Assembly (NCBI GenBank): GCA_964650485.1
Contig: CAZYTX010000005.1
Span: 29,480-93,479 of the forward strand
DNA: 64,000 bases
DNA from: an uncultured bacterium
GTDB taxonomy: Bacteria > RBG-13-61-14 > DATKZS01
Direction: 5' to 3'
The notes under the pieces were generated by a model that searched no databases, was not told where the DNA came from, and was given only the letters and a program-made list of their open reading frames with translations. A program made the translations under genes and the position numbers. Below, piece after piece: positions 25,810 through 36,937 of the stretch (position 1 is its first letter; every line of letters starts with the position of its first letter).

Positions 25810-26523
25810 ATGGAGAGTCTGCTGGAGTTTGCAAGAGGCCCCTTGTTCGTAGCCACCTTCCTCATCATGGTGCTGGGACTTTTGAGGGTGGTGGCCATGG
25901 AGATCCTGGAGATAGGAAGATCGAACGCATTGACCGAGGTGCGAGGCTTTCCCTGGTCAAAGAACATAAGAGAGTTCATAAGCTGGGTGGTGCCCACAAA
26001 GAACTTCGTGCGCGAGCGGCCGGTCATGAGCGCTCTTTCCTTTGTCTTCCACCTCGGCATACTGCTTGTGCCCCTGTTCTTCGCATCCCACATATTCCTG
26101 TGGGAGAGAGGGCTGGGCATTGCCGTGCCCGCCTGGATCGAGATGGGTGTAAGAGTGGCTGACGCACTCACACTCATGACCATCGCCACCGGGCTGGGAC
26201 TCTTGGCTATCAGGGTCTTCCACGCCCCCACCCGGTTCCTCAGCTCGTTCATGGACTACTTCATCCTGGGCGCGGTGCTGGTGCCCTTCATCTCCGGTTT
26301 CCTGGCAACTCACCCCTCCCTGCATTTCACCGGCTACACCGCCATAATGCTGGTGCACGTGCTGAGCGCGGAGCTGGTGTTCGTGCTGCTCCCCTTCTCC
26401 AAGCTCTCCCACGCGGTCCTGTTCCCGTTCGACCGCGTGAGCTCAGACTTTTACTGGAGGCTTTCCACCGAGGGGGCCAGGAAGGTCGCACACGCCATGC
26501 GCGGCCCCGAGGCCAAGGTCTGA
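25810..26523 (+). CDS. HmcE/TmcC/NarI-like membrane cytochrome b
   Basis: FARGPL, FHLGIL...SH, HVLSAEL...PFSKLSH (four His for two b hemes). Confidence 0.85.
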   Translation: MESLLEFARGPLFVATFLIMVLGLLRVVAMEILEIGRSNALTEVRGFPWSKNIREFISWVVPTKNFVRERPVMSALSFVFHLGILLVPLFFASHIFLWERGLGIAVPAWIEMGVRVADALTLMTIATGLGLLAIRVFHAPTRFLSSFMDYFILGAVLVPFISGFLATHPSLHFTGYTAIMLVHVLSAELVFVLLPFSKLSHAVLFPFDRVSSDFYWRLSTEGARKVAHAMRGPEAKV

Positions 26524-26544
26524 TCCTCCGGAGAGGTATTCAGC

Positions 26545-27420
26545 ATGAGTAGTGGAATCAGAGTGCTTCGAGACGTATTGTGGCTCTTGGTGTGGTTTGC
26601 CGCGGCCGTGCTCGCATACGAGGCAGCGGGCTCTCCTCTTTCCGTGTCCCCGGCGTCCAGCTCCATCATACTTATGGGCGGAGTGGCCGCCGCGGTCCTG
26701 GCTCTGCTTTCCTCGATATACAAACCCTCGGGCCAAAACCCGGGAGAGGATGAAGAATTCGACCAGACCTCACATGTCTGGAAGCCCGCGCTCCGCGACT
26801 CGCCCGAGAGGATAACCGTCACCGCGGTCATAGGCGTTCCCTTGGCTTTGAGCATGCTATACGCCGGCGTCCTCCAGGGAAAGCCCGACCCGTCACCGGT
26901 CCTGGCGCCAAAGGCAGAAGACGCGCTCAGGCACGTGCTCCGGATTGACGGCGACCGTGACGGCGACGAGGTGGTCTTCAAGCACCAGATGCACCGGGAG
27001 ATGACAGGGGGTGAGGACGGGTGCGTGCGGTGCCACCACGTATACAAGCCGGGCGACATGAACTCGCCCTGCCATCGTTGCCATGCGGACATGAACCGTC
27101 ACGTGTCCATATTCGACCATGATCTGCACCAGCAGTACCACGGCCAACAGGGTTACTGCTTCGAGTGCCACCAGAGGGGAAGGGCAAAGACCGGCGAACA
27201 TGTCAAGACCTGCGAGGAGTGCCACAAAGAAGACATGGGAATACAGGACTCCCCGGAAAAGTTCGATCACATGGCCCTGCCCTATTCTCAAGCGCTGCAT
27301 GCGGCCTGCTACGACTGCCACCGCGAGAAGGCCGAAAAGGAGAAAAGAGGGTGCCTGGCATGCTGCGACACCTGCCACAAGGCCGTGCACCACGAGAAAG
27401 AGGAGCTCGGAATCGAGTAG
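26545..27420 (+). CDS. Membrane-anchored hexaheme class III (c3-like) cytochrome c
   Basis: Three N-terminal hydrophobic segments; six CxxCH motifs (CVRCH, CHRCH, CFECH, CEECH, CYDCH, CDTCH); FxHxxH distal ligands. Confidence 0.85.
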   Translation: MSSGIRVLRDVLWLLVWFAAAVLAYEAAGSPLSVSPASSSIILMGGVAAAVLALLSSIYKPSGQNPGEDEEFDQTSHVWKPALRDSPERITVTAVIGVPLALSMLYAGVLQGKPDPSPVLAPKAEDALRHVLRIDGDRDGDEVVFKHQMHREMTGGEDGCVRCHHVYKPGDMNSPCHRCHADMNRHVSIFDHDLHQQYHGQQGYCFECHQRGRAKTGEHVKTCEECHKEDMGIQDSPEKFDHMALPYSQALHAACYDCHREKAEKEKRGCLACCDTCHKAVHHEKEELGIE

Positions 27421-27444
27421 ACTCGAACCGCGTTTATCGCATAC

Positions 27445-27483
27445 AGCCCGCCCGTCCCTCAGCGCATGGGCGGGTTTATTTTT
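27445..27483 (+). terminator. Intrinsic terminator
   Basis: Stem AGCCCGCCCGT/ATGGGCGGGTT followed by TATTTTT. Confidence 0.7.
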
Positions 27484-27611
27484 GAAGCGGGCCCAAAAAC
27501 GCGGAGCAAAAAAGATATCACATTTAATTCCAACCCATAAAACTTTCCCCCTTCCCGTCCGTTTAAACACTAAAGCGGCCGCAAAGAAAGGATTTTTAGG
27601 AGGCGAAAGTA

Positions 27612-28874
27612 ATGAAAGAGGTTCCAAAAGCGACTATGGCTATAACAATCATGGCGGTGCTGCTTATGGGGGGAATTTGCCAGGCACGCATCAAGCTCTC
27701 TGCCCTGCCCCACAGGGAGCGGGTGGAGATACGGCTCGACAACAGCCGCTACACCCTGGTGGAGGAGGAGCGCATTATCCCACTACTCAAGTCTACCATC
27801 AGCCGGGGCAACAACATGGTTGACTTCAGCTGGTCCAACACCAGGATCAACAAGTCGTCCATACAGTTCCGGCCACTGGCCATAAAAGAGGGCGACGAGT
27901 TCCGGCCAATAGAAGACGTGAAGACCCAGGAAGGCAGGGACCTGCGCGAGGTCTCGGTCATAAACGTGTCTTTTCCTCCGGGGGAGAACGCCCTGGTGTG
28001 GGAGGTGTACGCGCACGAGTCATGCGCTGTCAAGGTGCGGGTGAGCTACCTTGTCGAGAAGCTCTCCCGCTCTTTCAGTTATCGCGCGGTCGCGGACAAG
28101 GACGAGACCAGCCTGGTGCTGCGCAACTTCCTCAAGGTGAGAAACCACTCGGGGGAGGAATTCGGAAAAGCGGGCATATGGGCCGGGTTCGGCGACAAGT
28201 TCGAGAAGACCATAAGCCGGCAAATGGACATAAAGATGCTCCTTCACCGCTTCGCAAAAGTGCCGGTGAAAAAGACCTATACCTTTGACTGGTATGAGCA
28301 CGGGGCGCTCAACCAGGACAAGCCCTTCCAGTCAAGGGTACTCATGCACTACCGGCTCATGAACACACGGGATAATAACCTGGGCCTCTACCCGCTGCCC
28401 CCGGGCAAGGTGCGCATCTTCATACAGGACGGCAAGGGCGGGGAGGCCTTCCTGGGCGAGGACTGGGCAAGGCTTACCCCCCTGGACTCGGAGATGAAAC
28501 TCTACCTGGGCGAGGCCAGGGACGTGAAGTGCGAGCGCACCATCGAGATGAACGAGAGGCATCACCGCCGCGGGAACCTATACGACCAGGAGATGATCAT
28601 CGCCTACCGCATACAGAACTTCAAGGACAAGGAGGTGACCCTGGGAATAGTCGAGCAAATGAACAGGATAGCACAGGAATACTTCGGCAGCACCCACGGA
28701 GACGTAGAGTGGGAGATCGAGAGGAAGACCTCCCGGGGCATCGAGCTCAAGAGAGAAGAGGGCGGCGCCAGGCCGGTGCTCTACGTTGACCTGCCCCCAA
28801 GCCCCGGTGACGGCGAGGGAGTGGAAGAGGTGGAGATAAAGTTCCACTTTCGTATAAAGAACCTGTGGAGCTGA
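27612..28874 (+). CDS. Exported DUF4139-family protein (paralog A)
   Basis: Signal peptide, TLVEEER, VDFSW, VRNHSGEEF, LGLYPLPPGKVRIF, FLGED. Confidence 0.7.
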   Translation: MKEVPKATMAITIMAVLLMGGICQARIKLSALPHRERVEIRLDNSRYTLVEEERIIPLLKSTISRGNNMVDFSWSNTRINKSSIQFRPLAIKEGDEFRPIEDVKTQEGRDLREVSVINVSFPPGENALVWEVYAHESCAVKVRVSYLVEKLSRSFSYRAVADKDETSLVLRNFLKVRNHSGEEFGKAGIWAGFGDKFEKTISRQMDIKMLLHRFAKVPVKKTYTFDWYEHGALNQDKPFQSRVLMHYRLMNTRDNNLGLYPLPPGKVRIFIQDGKGGEAFLGEDWARLTPLDSEMKLYLGEARDVKCERTIEMNERHHRRGNLYDQEMIIAYRIQNFKDKEVTLGIVEQMNRIAQEYFGSTHGDVEWEIERKTSRGIELKREEGGARPVLYVDLPPSPGDGEGVEEVEIKFHFRIKNLWS

Positions 28875-28890
28875 AAAAAGGAGGCGTGCC

Positions 28891-30231
28891 ATGAGGATGC
28901 TATACTTATTTGTATTATCGGCCGCGATTTCCGGGACCGTGCTGGCGAACAACGTTGACCTGGTGACCCTGCCCAGGAGGCACCAGGTGCAGCTCACCAT
29001 CTACAACTCCGAGGACCTCACCTTTGTAAAGGAGCGCCGTTACGTAACCCTGAAGAAGGGAGTCAACGCGCTCCAGTACTCATGGGCCGGCACCCTGATA
29101 GACCCGACCAGCGTGGAGTTCCGGCCGCTGGAGCACGGGGACGAGATCGAGATCCTGGACACCATCTTCCCAGGCCGCAAGCCGCAGCACCTTGTGTGGC
29201 ACATCCGCTCCGAATACGAGGGCCAGGCCGAGGTGCAGGTGTCTTACTTCACCAGCGGTCTGACCTGGAGCATGGACTACGTGGGAGTGACGGACCGTGC
29301 CGAGGAGCGCATGGATTTCTCCGGCTACGTGTCCGTGGTGAACCACTCGGGCGAAGACTACGAGGACGCAGAGGTGCGCCTTATCGTGGGCTCCATCAAC
29401 CTGGTGGAGAAGATCGCGGACCTGGCACAAAGGCAGGGCATACCCACTCCTATGCCCGAGGAGGAGGCTTACTCGCAGCTTAGGGCCAAGGCTGCCAAGG
29501 AGTCCTTTGACAAAGCTGCTATGGCAATGGAGATGGCCGCGGGAGTTCCCTTGTCCGCGCCCAAGGGCATTGTAAAGGAAGGGGTCTCCGAGTACTTCAT
29601 GTTCACCATCGAGGGCACGGAAACCATAAAGGACGGATGGTCAAAGAGGATGCGGGCGGTGAACGCAAAGGGCCTCGATTTCGACATCGTATTCCGCATG
29701 CGAAAGCACCAGTACGGGGAGCGGCCTGCAAGGTTCTTCATATGGAAGAACAACAAAGAGCATGAGCTCGGGACCTCGCCGCTGCCGAACGGCCTTATAA
29801 GGGTGTTCCGCGAGAACGGGGACCGGGGGCTGTCATACCTGGGGGAGCAGACCGTGCATTACGTGCCTGTAAAGGACATGATCGAGATCAACCTGGGCAG
29901 TGACGACCTGGTGGTCTACGAGGCAAAGAAGCTGTCCACAAAAAGACTCAACTTCCACTTCAACAAACACGGCAAGGTAAGCGGCTGGGACGAGGAGCAG
30001 GAGTGGAAAGAGATCATTAAGAACCACCGCGAAGAACCCATAGTGTTCGAGACAAGGAAGGTCATAGCCGGGGACGTGGAGTATGACTCGGAAATAGAAG
30101 CTGGCCTGTTCGACTATCACACCGTGGAGATGAAGTTCACCGTGCCGGCCCGGGATGAAAAGGAAAACACCTACACCCTGGTGTTCCACCGCGGGGGCAA
30201 CAAGAAAAAGGATATGGTGAAGATTGATTGA
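28891..30231 (+). CDS. Exported DUF4139-family protein (paralog B)
   Basis: Signal peptide, QLTIYNSEDLTFVKERR, IDPTSV, SYFTSGLTW, NHSGEDY, PLPNGLIRVF, YLGE. Confidence 0.75.
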   Translation: MRMLYLFVLSAAISGTVLANNVDLVTLPRRHQVQLTIYNSEDLTFVKERRYVTLKKGVNALQYSWAGTLIDPTSVEFRPLEHGDEIEILDTIFPGRKPQHLVWHIRSEYEGQAEVQVSYFTSGLTWSMDYVGVTDRAEERMDFSGYVSVVNHSGEDYEDAEVRLIVGSINLVEKIADLAQRQGIPTPMPEEEAYSQLRAKAAKESFDKAAMAMEMAAGVPLSAPKGIVKEGVSEYFMFTIEGTETIKDGWSKRMRAVNAKGLDFDIVFRMRKHQYGERPARFFIWKNNKEHELGTSPLPNGLIRVFRENGDRGLSYLGEQTVHYVPVKDMIEINLGSDDLVVYEAKKLSTKRLNFHFNKHGKVSGWDEEQEWKEIIKNHREEPIVFETRKVIAGDVEYDSEIEAGLFDYHTVEMKFTVPARDEKENTYTLVFHRGGNKKKDMVKID

Positions 30232-30276
30232 GTAGCAAGGTTTGGGGTTTTTTTTGTTCTGGGATTGGGACCAGGC

Positions 30277-30304
30277 TTGACAACGGGCAAATAGTATGTA
30301 TTAT
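30277..30304 (+). promoter_or_regulatory. sigma70-type promoter for RRM gene
   Basis: TTGACA (30277-30282), 16 bp spacer, TATTAT (30299-30304). Confidence 0.5.
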
Positions 30305-30484
30305 ATAGATCATCTAGTCATTACTGGTTGACATATAGTGATATCTTCGACAAACTCGCCTTTTGATCGAAAAAGGGGCCAAGAGGGCCGAAACCGTTCG
30401 AACATCGCTCGGAAGAAGGATTACAGGCGATACTCCATATAATACCTTCCGTATCTATTGTTCGCTAAACCCAAGGAGAAAAGA

Positions 30485-30787
30485 ATGAATATCTATGTAG
30501 GGAACCTTTCCTATGGCGTGAACGAGGACAAGCTTCGCGAGGCCTTCGAGGCTTTCGGCGAGGTGGACACGGTTAACATCATCAAGGACAAGTACAGCGG
30601 CCAGTCAAAGGGCTTCGGCTTCGTGGAGATGCCCGACGACGAGAAGGCCATGGCCGCGATCGAGGGCCTTAACCAGACCGAGGTTGACGGCCGCAGCATG
30701 AACGTCAACAAGGCAAAGCCCCGCACCGACCGCCGCGGAGGCGGAGGCGGAGGCGGAGGCGGAGGGGGCGGCGGGCGCCGCTGGTAA
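30485..30787 (+). CDS. RNA-binding protein, RRM with Gly-rich tail
   Basis: RNP2 IYVGNL, RNP1 KGFGFVEM, poly-Gly tail encoded by GGCGGA repeats; AGGAG RBS. Confidence 0.95.
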   Translation: MNIYVGNLSYGVNEDKLREAFEAFGEVDTVNIIKDKYSGQSKGFGFVEMPDDEKAMAAIEGLNQTEVDGRSMNVNKAKPRTDRRGGGGGGGGGGGGGRRW

Positions 30788-30806
30788 AGTCCGTAAACTT
30801 GATGAG

Positions 30807-30847
30807 AGGCCCTGCCTTGTCATAAAGACCGAGGCAGGGCCTTTCTT
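30807..30847 (+). terminator. Intrinsic terminator
   Basis: Stem AGGCCCTGCCTT/GAGGCAGGGCCT followed by TTCTT. Confidence 0.75.
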
Positions 30848-30857
30848 ATTAAATGCG

Positions 30858-31056
30858 AACGCCGAGACGCCAAGAGGAAGAAGAGGGCGCCAGGTTGTAA
30901 GAGTCAGTAATTTTTTTGATGAACTCTTTTATGTCCGCACGTAAAAAGAATGTCCTCGGGCCCTGCTCTCCGAAGGCTCTCAGGAGTGTAAGTTAATCCT
31001 ATACTTTAATATATAAAAAGACTCTTCTTTCTTGGCGATCTCGGGGTCTTGGCGTT
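30858..31056. repeat. Periodic inverted-repeat element (CGCCAAGA type) flanking AT-rich filler
   Basis: AACGCCGAGACGCCAAGAGGAAGAAGAG (30858-30885) versus CTCTTCTTTCTTGGCGATCTCGGGGTCTTGGCGTT (31022-31056). Confidence 0.65.
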
Positions 31057-31101
31057 TTTATTGCTTTTCCAGGACAAATGCATCCCGAGGGAGGAGAGGG
31101 C

Positions 31102-32937
31102 TCACTCCGGTATGACCGGGAGTATGAGGTGGGAAGGGTATTCCTGGTCGTGGTATATGGTCTGCTCGGCCACCTCTATGTTCTGCGGGCCGCCCTCGCC
31201 GCCGGCGTTGGTGTTGCGGTCGAATCGGGGGAACGACGAACTCGACACCTGCACCCTTATCCTGTGTCCCTTGAGGAAGCAGTTGGAGGTTGCCCACAGG
31301 TCAATGTGATAGGGATAGACCTTTCCCGGCTCGATCAGGCTGGGCTCGGTCCATGACTCGCGATAGCGGGCCCTGATGATCCCCTCCTGCAGGTTATATG
31401 AGGTCCCGTCCGGGTACACGTCGCACAGCTTTACCGTGAAGTCGGTGTCGGTTGCCGAGCTTTCTGCGTAGATCACCGCTGACAGCGGACCCGTGATTTC
31501 GAGGTCCTCTTCCAGCACCAGGCTGGTGAACACCAGCACGTCATGCCGGCTCTCCACCTCGGCCTGGTCCTTTGCCCCCACGTTCTCGAGCAGGTTGCTG
31601 CCCCCCACGGTGGGCACGGGCCCGCGCGGGTCATATACGAACCCGTCAGGGGACTCGTCACCGGGCGCCCTGGTCGAGAGCCGGCCGTCCCCGGAGACGC
31701 TGTTGGCGTCGCCTTTACTGTGCAGGTAAAACTTTGTCCACTCGGTCCTTGCAAGGGGCCACTCCTCTTCGTCTCGCCACTGGTTCCTGCCCATCACGTA
31801 GATCCTCACCGGGGCCTGGTCCTCCACCCCGTTGTCCTCTCCTTTCAGCCAGTGGTCGTACCAGTCCATGATGAACATGTCCTTGAATATCCTGCCCAGC
31901 CGCGCGTCCCTGCCGGCATCCGGGTGTATGCCGGACACGTGGCCCCACGGTCCCACGATTATGCGGGTAAAGCGGCCGGCGTCTCCCGGGGCATGCTCGC
32001 GCATGGCATTGAAGTCCTCGAGCTGACCCGCGGTGAAGATGTCGTACCAGCCGGAAAAAAGCAGGGCCGGAGCTTTCACCTCCTGGTAATCTCGGAAGTT
32101 GAACGCGTCAGCGTACTTTCCGAACGCGGGGTAGTTCATGAACTCGATCATGCGGTCCACGAAGTCGGGCGGGGTCTCGCCCTCCGGTATGTCCCACGCC
32201 TCTTGCAGCTTCTCTCGCAGCTCGGATATGGACAGCCCGGGAAGCTCCTTCCACTCCAGGGGGAAGTCAGGCTCAAGCGGTGCGTTGTAAAACCCCTCTG
32301 TTTCCATGTCGATCTCGCTTCCAATTGAAAAGAGGGACCCCTCGTTCTGCTTGCCCACGGATGACGACCACCCGGTGGAGAGCCGGTAGGAGAAAGCCCC
32401 TCCCGGGAATATGGTCCGGTACAGGCGTCCGGTGGTTATCTGGGGGTACATGCAGTCCAGGTGCTCGCTGGTGGCTATGGCCCACTGGGTTATGCCCAAG
32501 TAGCTGGGGCCCCAGGTCCCGAGCTTCCCGTTGAACCACGGCTGCCTGGTGATCCATTCCACCGTGTCCTCTCCATCCTCGTGCTCGTAAACCATGGGTA
32601 TGAAGACCTCGCCCTCGGAGTGAAAACACGCGCGGCAGTCCTGGACAACGTAAATGTAGCCGTGCTGTGCCAGCAGGAAGCCCACTGAGGCAATGTTGTT
32701 CTTGTTGTAAGGCAGCCGGGTGAGTATCACCGGCAGCGACTTGTCCACGAACGCGGGCATGTACACGTCCGCGGCCAGATGCACGCCGTCCCTCATCTCC
32801 ACCATCACGTTCTTTTTGACCTTGACAAGGTGCTTTGGCGGGCCCATGTCCAGAAAGGCGCTGGTGATAAAGCACCCGGACACGCCCGCGGCCGCAAGGA
32901 CCAGGATCAACGCTAATGTCGCCTTCCTTTGATTCAT
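31102..32937 (-). CDS. CocE/NonD family serine hydrolase, lipoprotein
   Basis: Lipobox VSGC; MRDGVHLAADVY, RLPY, WGPSYLG nucleophile elbow, GWYD, GPWGH, PepX C-terminal domain (DTDF, GHRIRVQVSSS). Confidence 0.9.
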   Translation of the reverse strand: MNQRKATLALILVLAAAGVSGCFITSAFLDMGPPKHLVKVKKNVMVEMRDGVHLAADVYMPAFVDKSLPVILTRLPYNKNNIASVGFLLAQHGYIYVVQDCRACFHSEGEVFIPMVYEHEDGEDTVEWITRQPWFNGKLGTWGPSYLGITQWAIATSEHLDCMYPQITTGRLYRTIFPGGAFSYRLSTGWSSSVGKQNEGSLFSIGSEIDMETEGFYNAPLEPDFPLEWKELPGLSISELREKLQEAWDIPEGETPPDFVDRMIEFMNYPAFGKYADAFNFRDYQEVKAPALLFSGWYDIFTAGQLEDFNAMREHAPGDAGRFTRIIVGPWGHVSGIHPDAGRDARLGRIFKDMFIMDWYDHWLKGEDNGVEDQAPVRIYVMGRNQWRDEEEWPLARTEWTKFYLHSKGDANSVSGDGRLSTRAPGDESPDGFVYDPRGPVPTVGGSNLLENVGAKDQAEVESRHDVLVFTSLVLEEDLEITGPLSAVIYAESSATDTDFTVKLCDVYPDGTSYNLQEGIIRARYRESWTEPSLIEPGKVYPYHIDLWATSNCFLKGHRIRVQVSSSSFPRFDRNTNAGGEGGPQNIEVAEQTIYHDQEYPSHLILPVIPE

Positions 32938-32970
32938 GGCCCGATCCCCCTTTTGTTTATCTCCAACAGG

Positions 32971-33630
32971 TCACTCGTCGGAGTAGAAGTCGTATCCCAG
33001 CCCGAACAGCCCGTGCACGGCGATGTTCGGGGCGAAGGCCTGGCCGTCCCACACCGGGACCGCGGCATGTGAAGCGGTGAGCTTTGCCTCCACGGAAGTG
33101 AACAGTCCGGCCAGGAGATAATACTTCTTTGCAAGAGTGGCCTGGACAGTTGGCCCGGCGGCGTAGAACCCGTCCAGGTTGGTGTTCTCCCACTCGAGCT
33201 TTTCTCCCCGCACCTCGCTCTCGGGGTGCGCGAGCACGAACCCTGCGCCCAGCCGCCATATAAAGCCCTTGCGCAGCCAGGCCCTATTCAGTGTGACAAG
33301 GTTGTAGCCGTGTGAGATCTCGAAATGCTGGACGTCAGCCGGCGGGTTTGTAAGGTAGATCTTGTGATGGACAAGCTCGAGCTCCCAGGCGTCTCCCTCC
33401 TGCCACACCCCGAAGCGCCAGTTGTAATAGGGGGCCTCGTAAAAAGGCTTCTCCACGTACCTGGCGCTCTCGATGTAGATGGGCTCCTCCCCGTGCTGGT
33501 GTATGCGCAGCCACGTTGGGAAGTTGTAGGCCGAGCCCAGGGCCATCTGGAAGGATATCCTGGTGGCACGGGCAACCGGGGAGACGAGCAGCATACCCGC
33601 CAGCACAATGAACACGAGCGCCTTTTTCAC
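32971..33630 (-). CDS. Putative small outer-membrane beta-barrel protein
   Basis: Signal peptide, amphipathic beta strands, near-terminal FGLGYDF. Confidence 0.55.
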   Translation of the reverse strand: MKKALVFIVLAGMLLVSPVARATRISFQMALGSAYNFPTWLRIHQHGEEPIYIESARYVEKPFYEAPYYNWRFGVWQEGDAWELELVHHKIYLTNPPADVQHFEISHGYNLVTLNRAWLRKGFIWRLGAGFVLAHPESEVRGEKLEWENTNLDGFYAAGPTVQATLAKKYYLLAGLFTSVEAKLTASHAAVPVWDGQAFAPNIAVHGLFGLGYDFYSDE

Positions 33631-33667
33631 TACAAGCCCCTGAAAACAGCCGGGAGCGGGGAAAGGG

Positions 33668-35479
<1,812 letters not shown>

Positions 35480-35491
35480 TTTTTTATCCTC

Positions 35492-36937
35492 CTATCCTCG
35501 CCACAGGGATTTAAGCTCCTTGGCAGCCAGCTTGTTTTTAGGGTCCAGCTTGAGCACCTTCTCCAACTGTATGACAGCAGCGGGTATCTGCTTGAGCCCC
35601 TTGTAAGCCCGGGCAAGGGCCATGTGATAGTCCGCAACACCAGGCTCCATCTCGATGGCCTTCAAAAGAAGGGAGCGGGCCTTCTCGTGATTGCCCTGGA
35701 TCTCGATCAAAAGCTCCGCGTACCTGTGATATAGCTTGGGGCTCTCGAAGCCAAGCTCCAGTGCGGTCTTGAAATGGGAGGCGGCCTTCTTGAGGTCACC
35801 GTCGAGTTGAGAGTCCACACCGGCCCTGAACTCCGACTCGGCCTTCCTGCCCTCTTCCGTCTTGTCAAGCTCCTCCAATGCCTGCTTGTATTTCTTGTTC
35901 GCGGGGTCATACTGGACCGCGAGCTTCAGGTTGATCCTGGCCGCTTGGAAGTTTCCTTTGTCAATCTCTATCACAGCGCCCTCATAGAACTTCTGCGCCT
36001 GCTTGGAGGGGCCAGTGGCCCCTTGCTCTTTCATCTTCTGCTCGATCTTCTTTCCGATGGGCGACGACGCCTTTTTTCCCTTTTTCAAACCGAGCTTGAA
36101 CTTGGGTCCGGAAGGCTTGTCCGGCTCCTTCTCTTCTTTCTTCTTTTGGGGCCTGGTCTTCTCTTCTATTGGCTTCTGCTTTGATACCCTTATATTTTTC
36201 CAGGGCGACGCTCCCCCTTTTACCGACCTGGTCCGGCTTTGAGGTTGCGCCGCGGGCTCCTTAGCTGCCTCCTCCTCCCAATCCTCTTCCTCGCTCAGCG
36301 AGCCGTCATACTCGGCCCTTGCCTCGGGGTCGGCAAGTAGCTTGTACCCCTTGTTCAACTGCTTGAATATCTCCTGGAGCTTCCCCTTGAAGTCCCTATC
36401 AGCCCTGCGGTAGTACTTGTCGGGGTGGAAAGACTTTGTTCTTTTAAAATAGGCCTTTTTAAGCTGGTTCTCCTTCGCGCCCCTGGATATCCCCAAAAGG
36501 TCATAATAACTCAGATGTTCGAGGTTATCAAAGATGGAGTCCACAAGCGGGATAAATTCCTCCCCCTTGGGAAGATCACTTCTGAGCATCTTTTTCAAAG
36601 ACTGAAGGTCATACACCGAGCCCGGGGCATGACCCTCTTCTCCGGCCCCGGCCTCCCCGCGGCCCTCCGCTGGACCGGGCTTTGCCTTCTCTTCCCTGTG
36701 CTTGAAAACAAGTATCCCTTTTCCGTGCAGGGATCTCAGCATGGATACGGTTTTATCTTTTCCCAGGCCGGTGCTGACACACAGGTCACCCACGCTCTGG
36801 AGCCCGTCAATCCTCCCGAGCACGTACCCCTCCTCGGGCGTCACCTCCATCCCCATAATATCCACGCCTTCGCACATGCGGGGAACGGATTCAGGAGAGA
36901 ATTCTTCGCTATCGCACTCATCAGGCATCTTTCGCAT
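35492..36937 (-). CDS. J-domain plus TPR protein
   Basis: YYDLLG...KKAYF...FHPDKY (HPD intact), N-terminal wHTH-like segment, C-terminal TPRs. Confidence 0.85.
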   Translation of the reverse strand: MRKMPDECDSEEFSPESVPRMCEGVDIMGMEVTPEEGYVLGRIDGLQSVGDLCVSTGLGKDKTVSMLRSLHGKGILVFKHREEKAKPGPAEGRGEAGAGEEGHAPGSVYDLQSLKKMLRSDLPKGEEFIPLVDSIFDNLEHLSYYDLLGISRGAKENQLKKAYFKRTKSFHPDKYYRRADRDFKGKLQEIFKQLNKGYKLLADPEARAEYDGSLSEEEDWEEEAAKEPAAQPQSRTRSVKGGASPWKNIRVSKQKPIEEKTRPQKKKEEKEPDKPSGPKFKLGLKKGKKASSPIGKKIEQKMKEQGATGPSKQAQKFYEGAVIEIDKGNFQAARINLKLAVQYDPANKKYKQALEELDKTEEGRKAESEFRAGVDSQLDGDLKKAASHFKTALELGFESPKLYHRYAELLIEIQGNHEKARSLLLKAIEMEPGVADYHMALARAYKGLKQIPAAVIQLEKVLKLDPKNKLAAKELKSLWRG

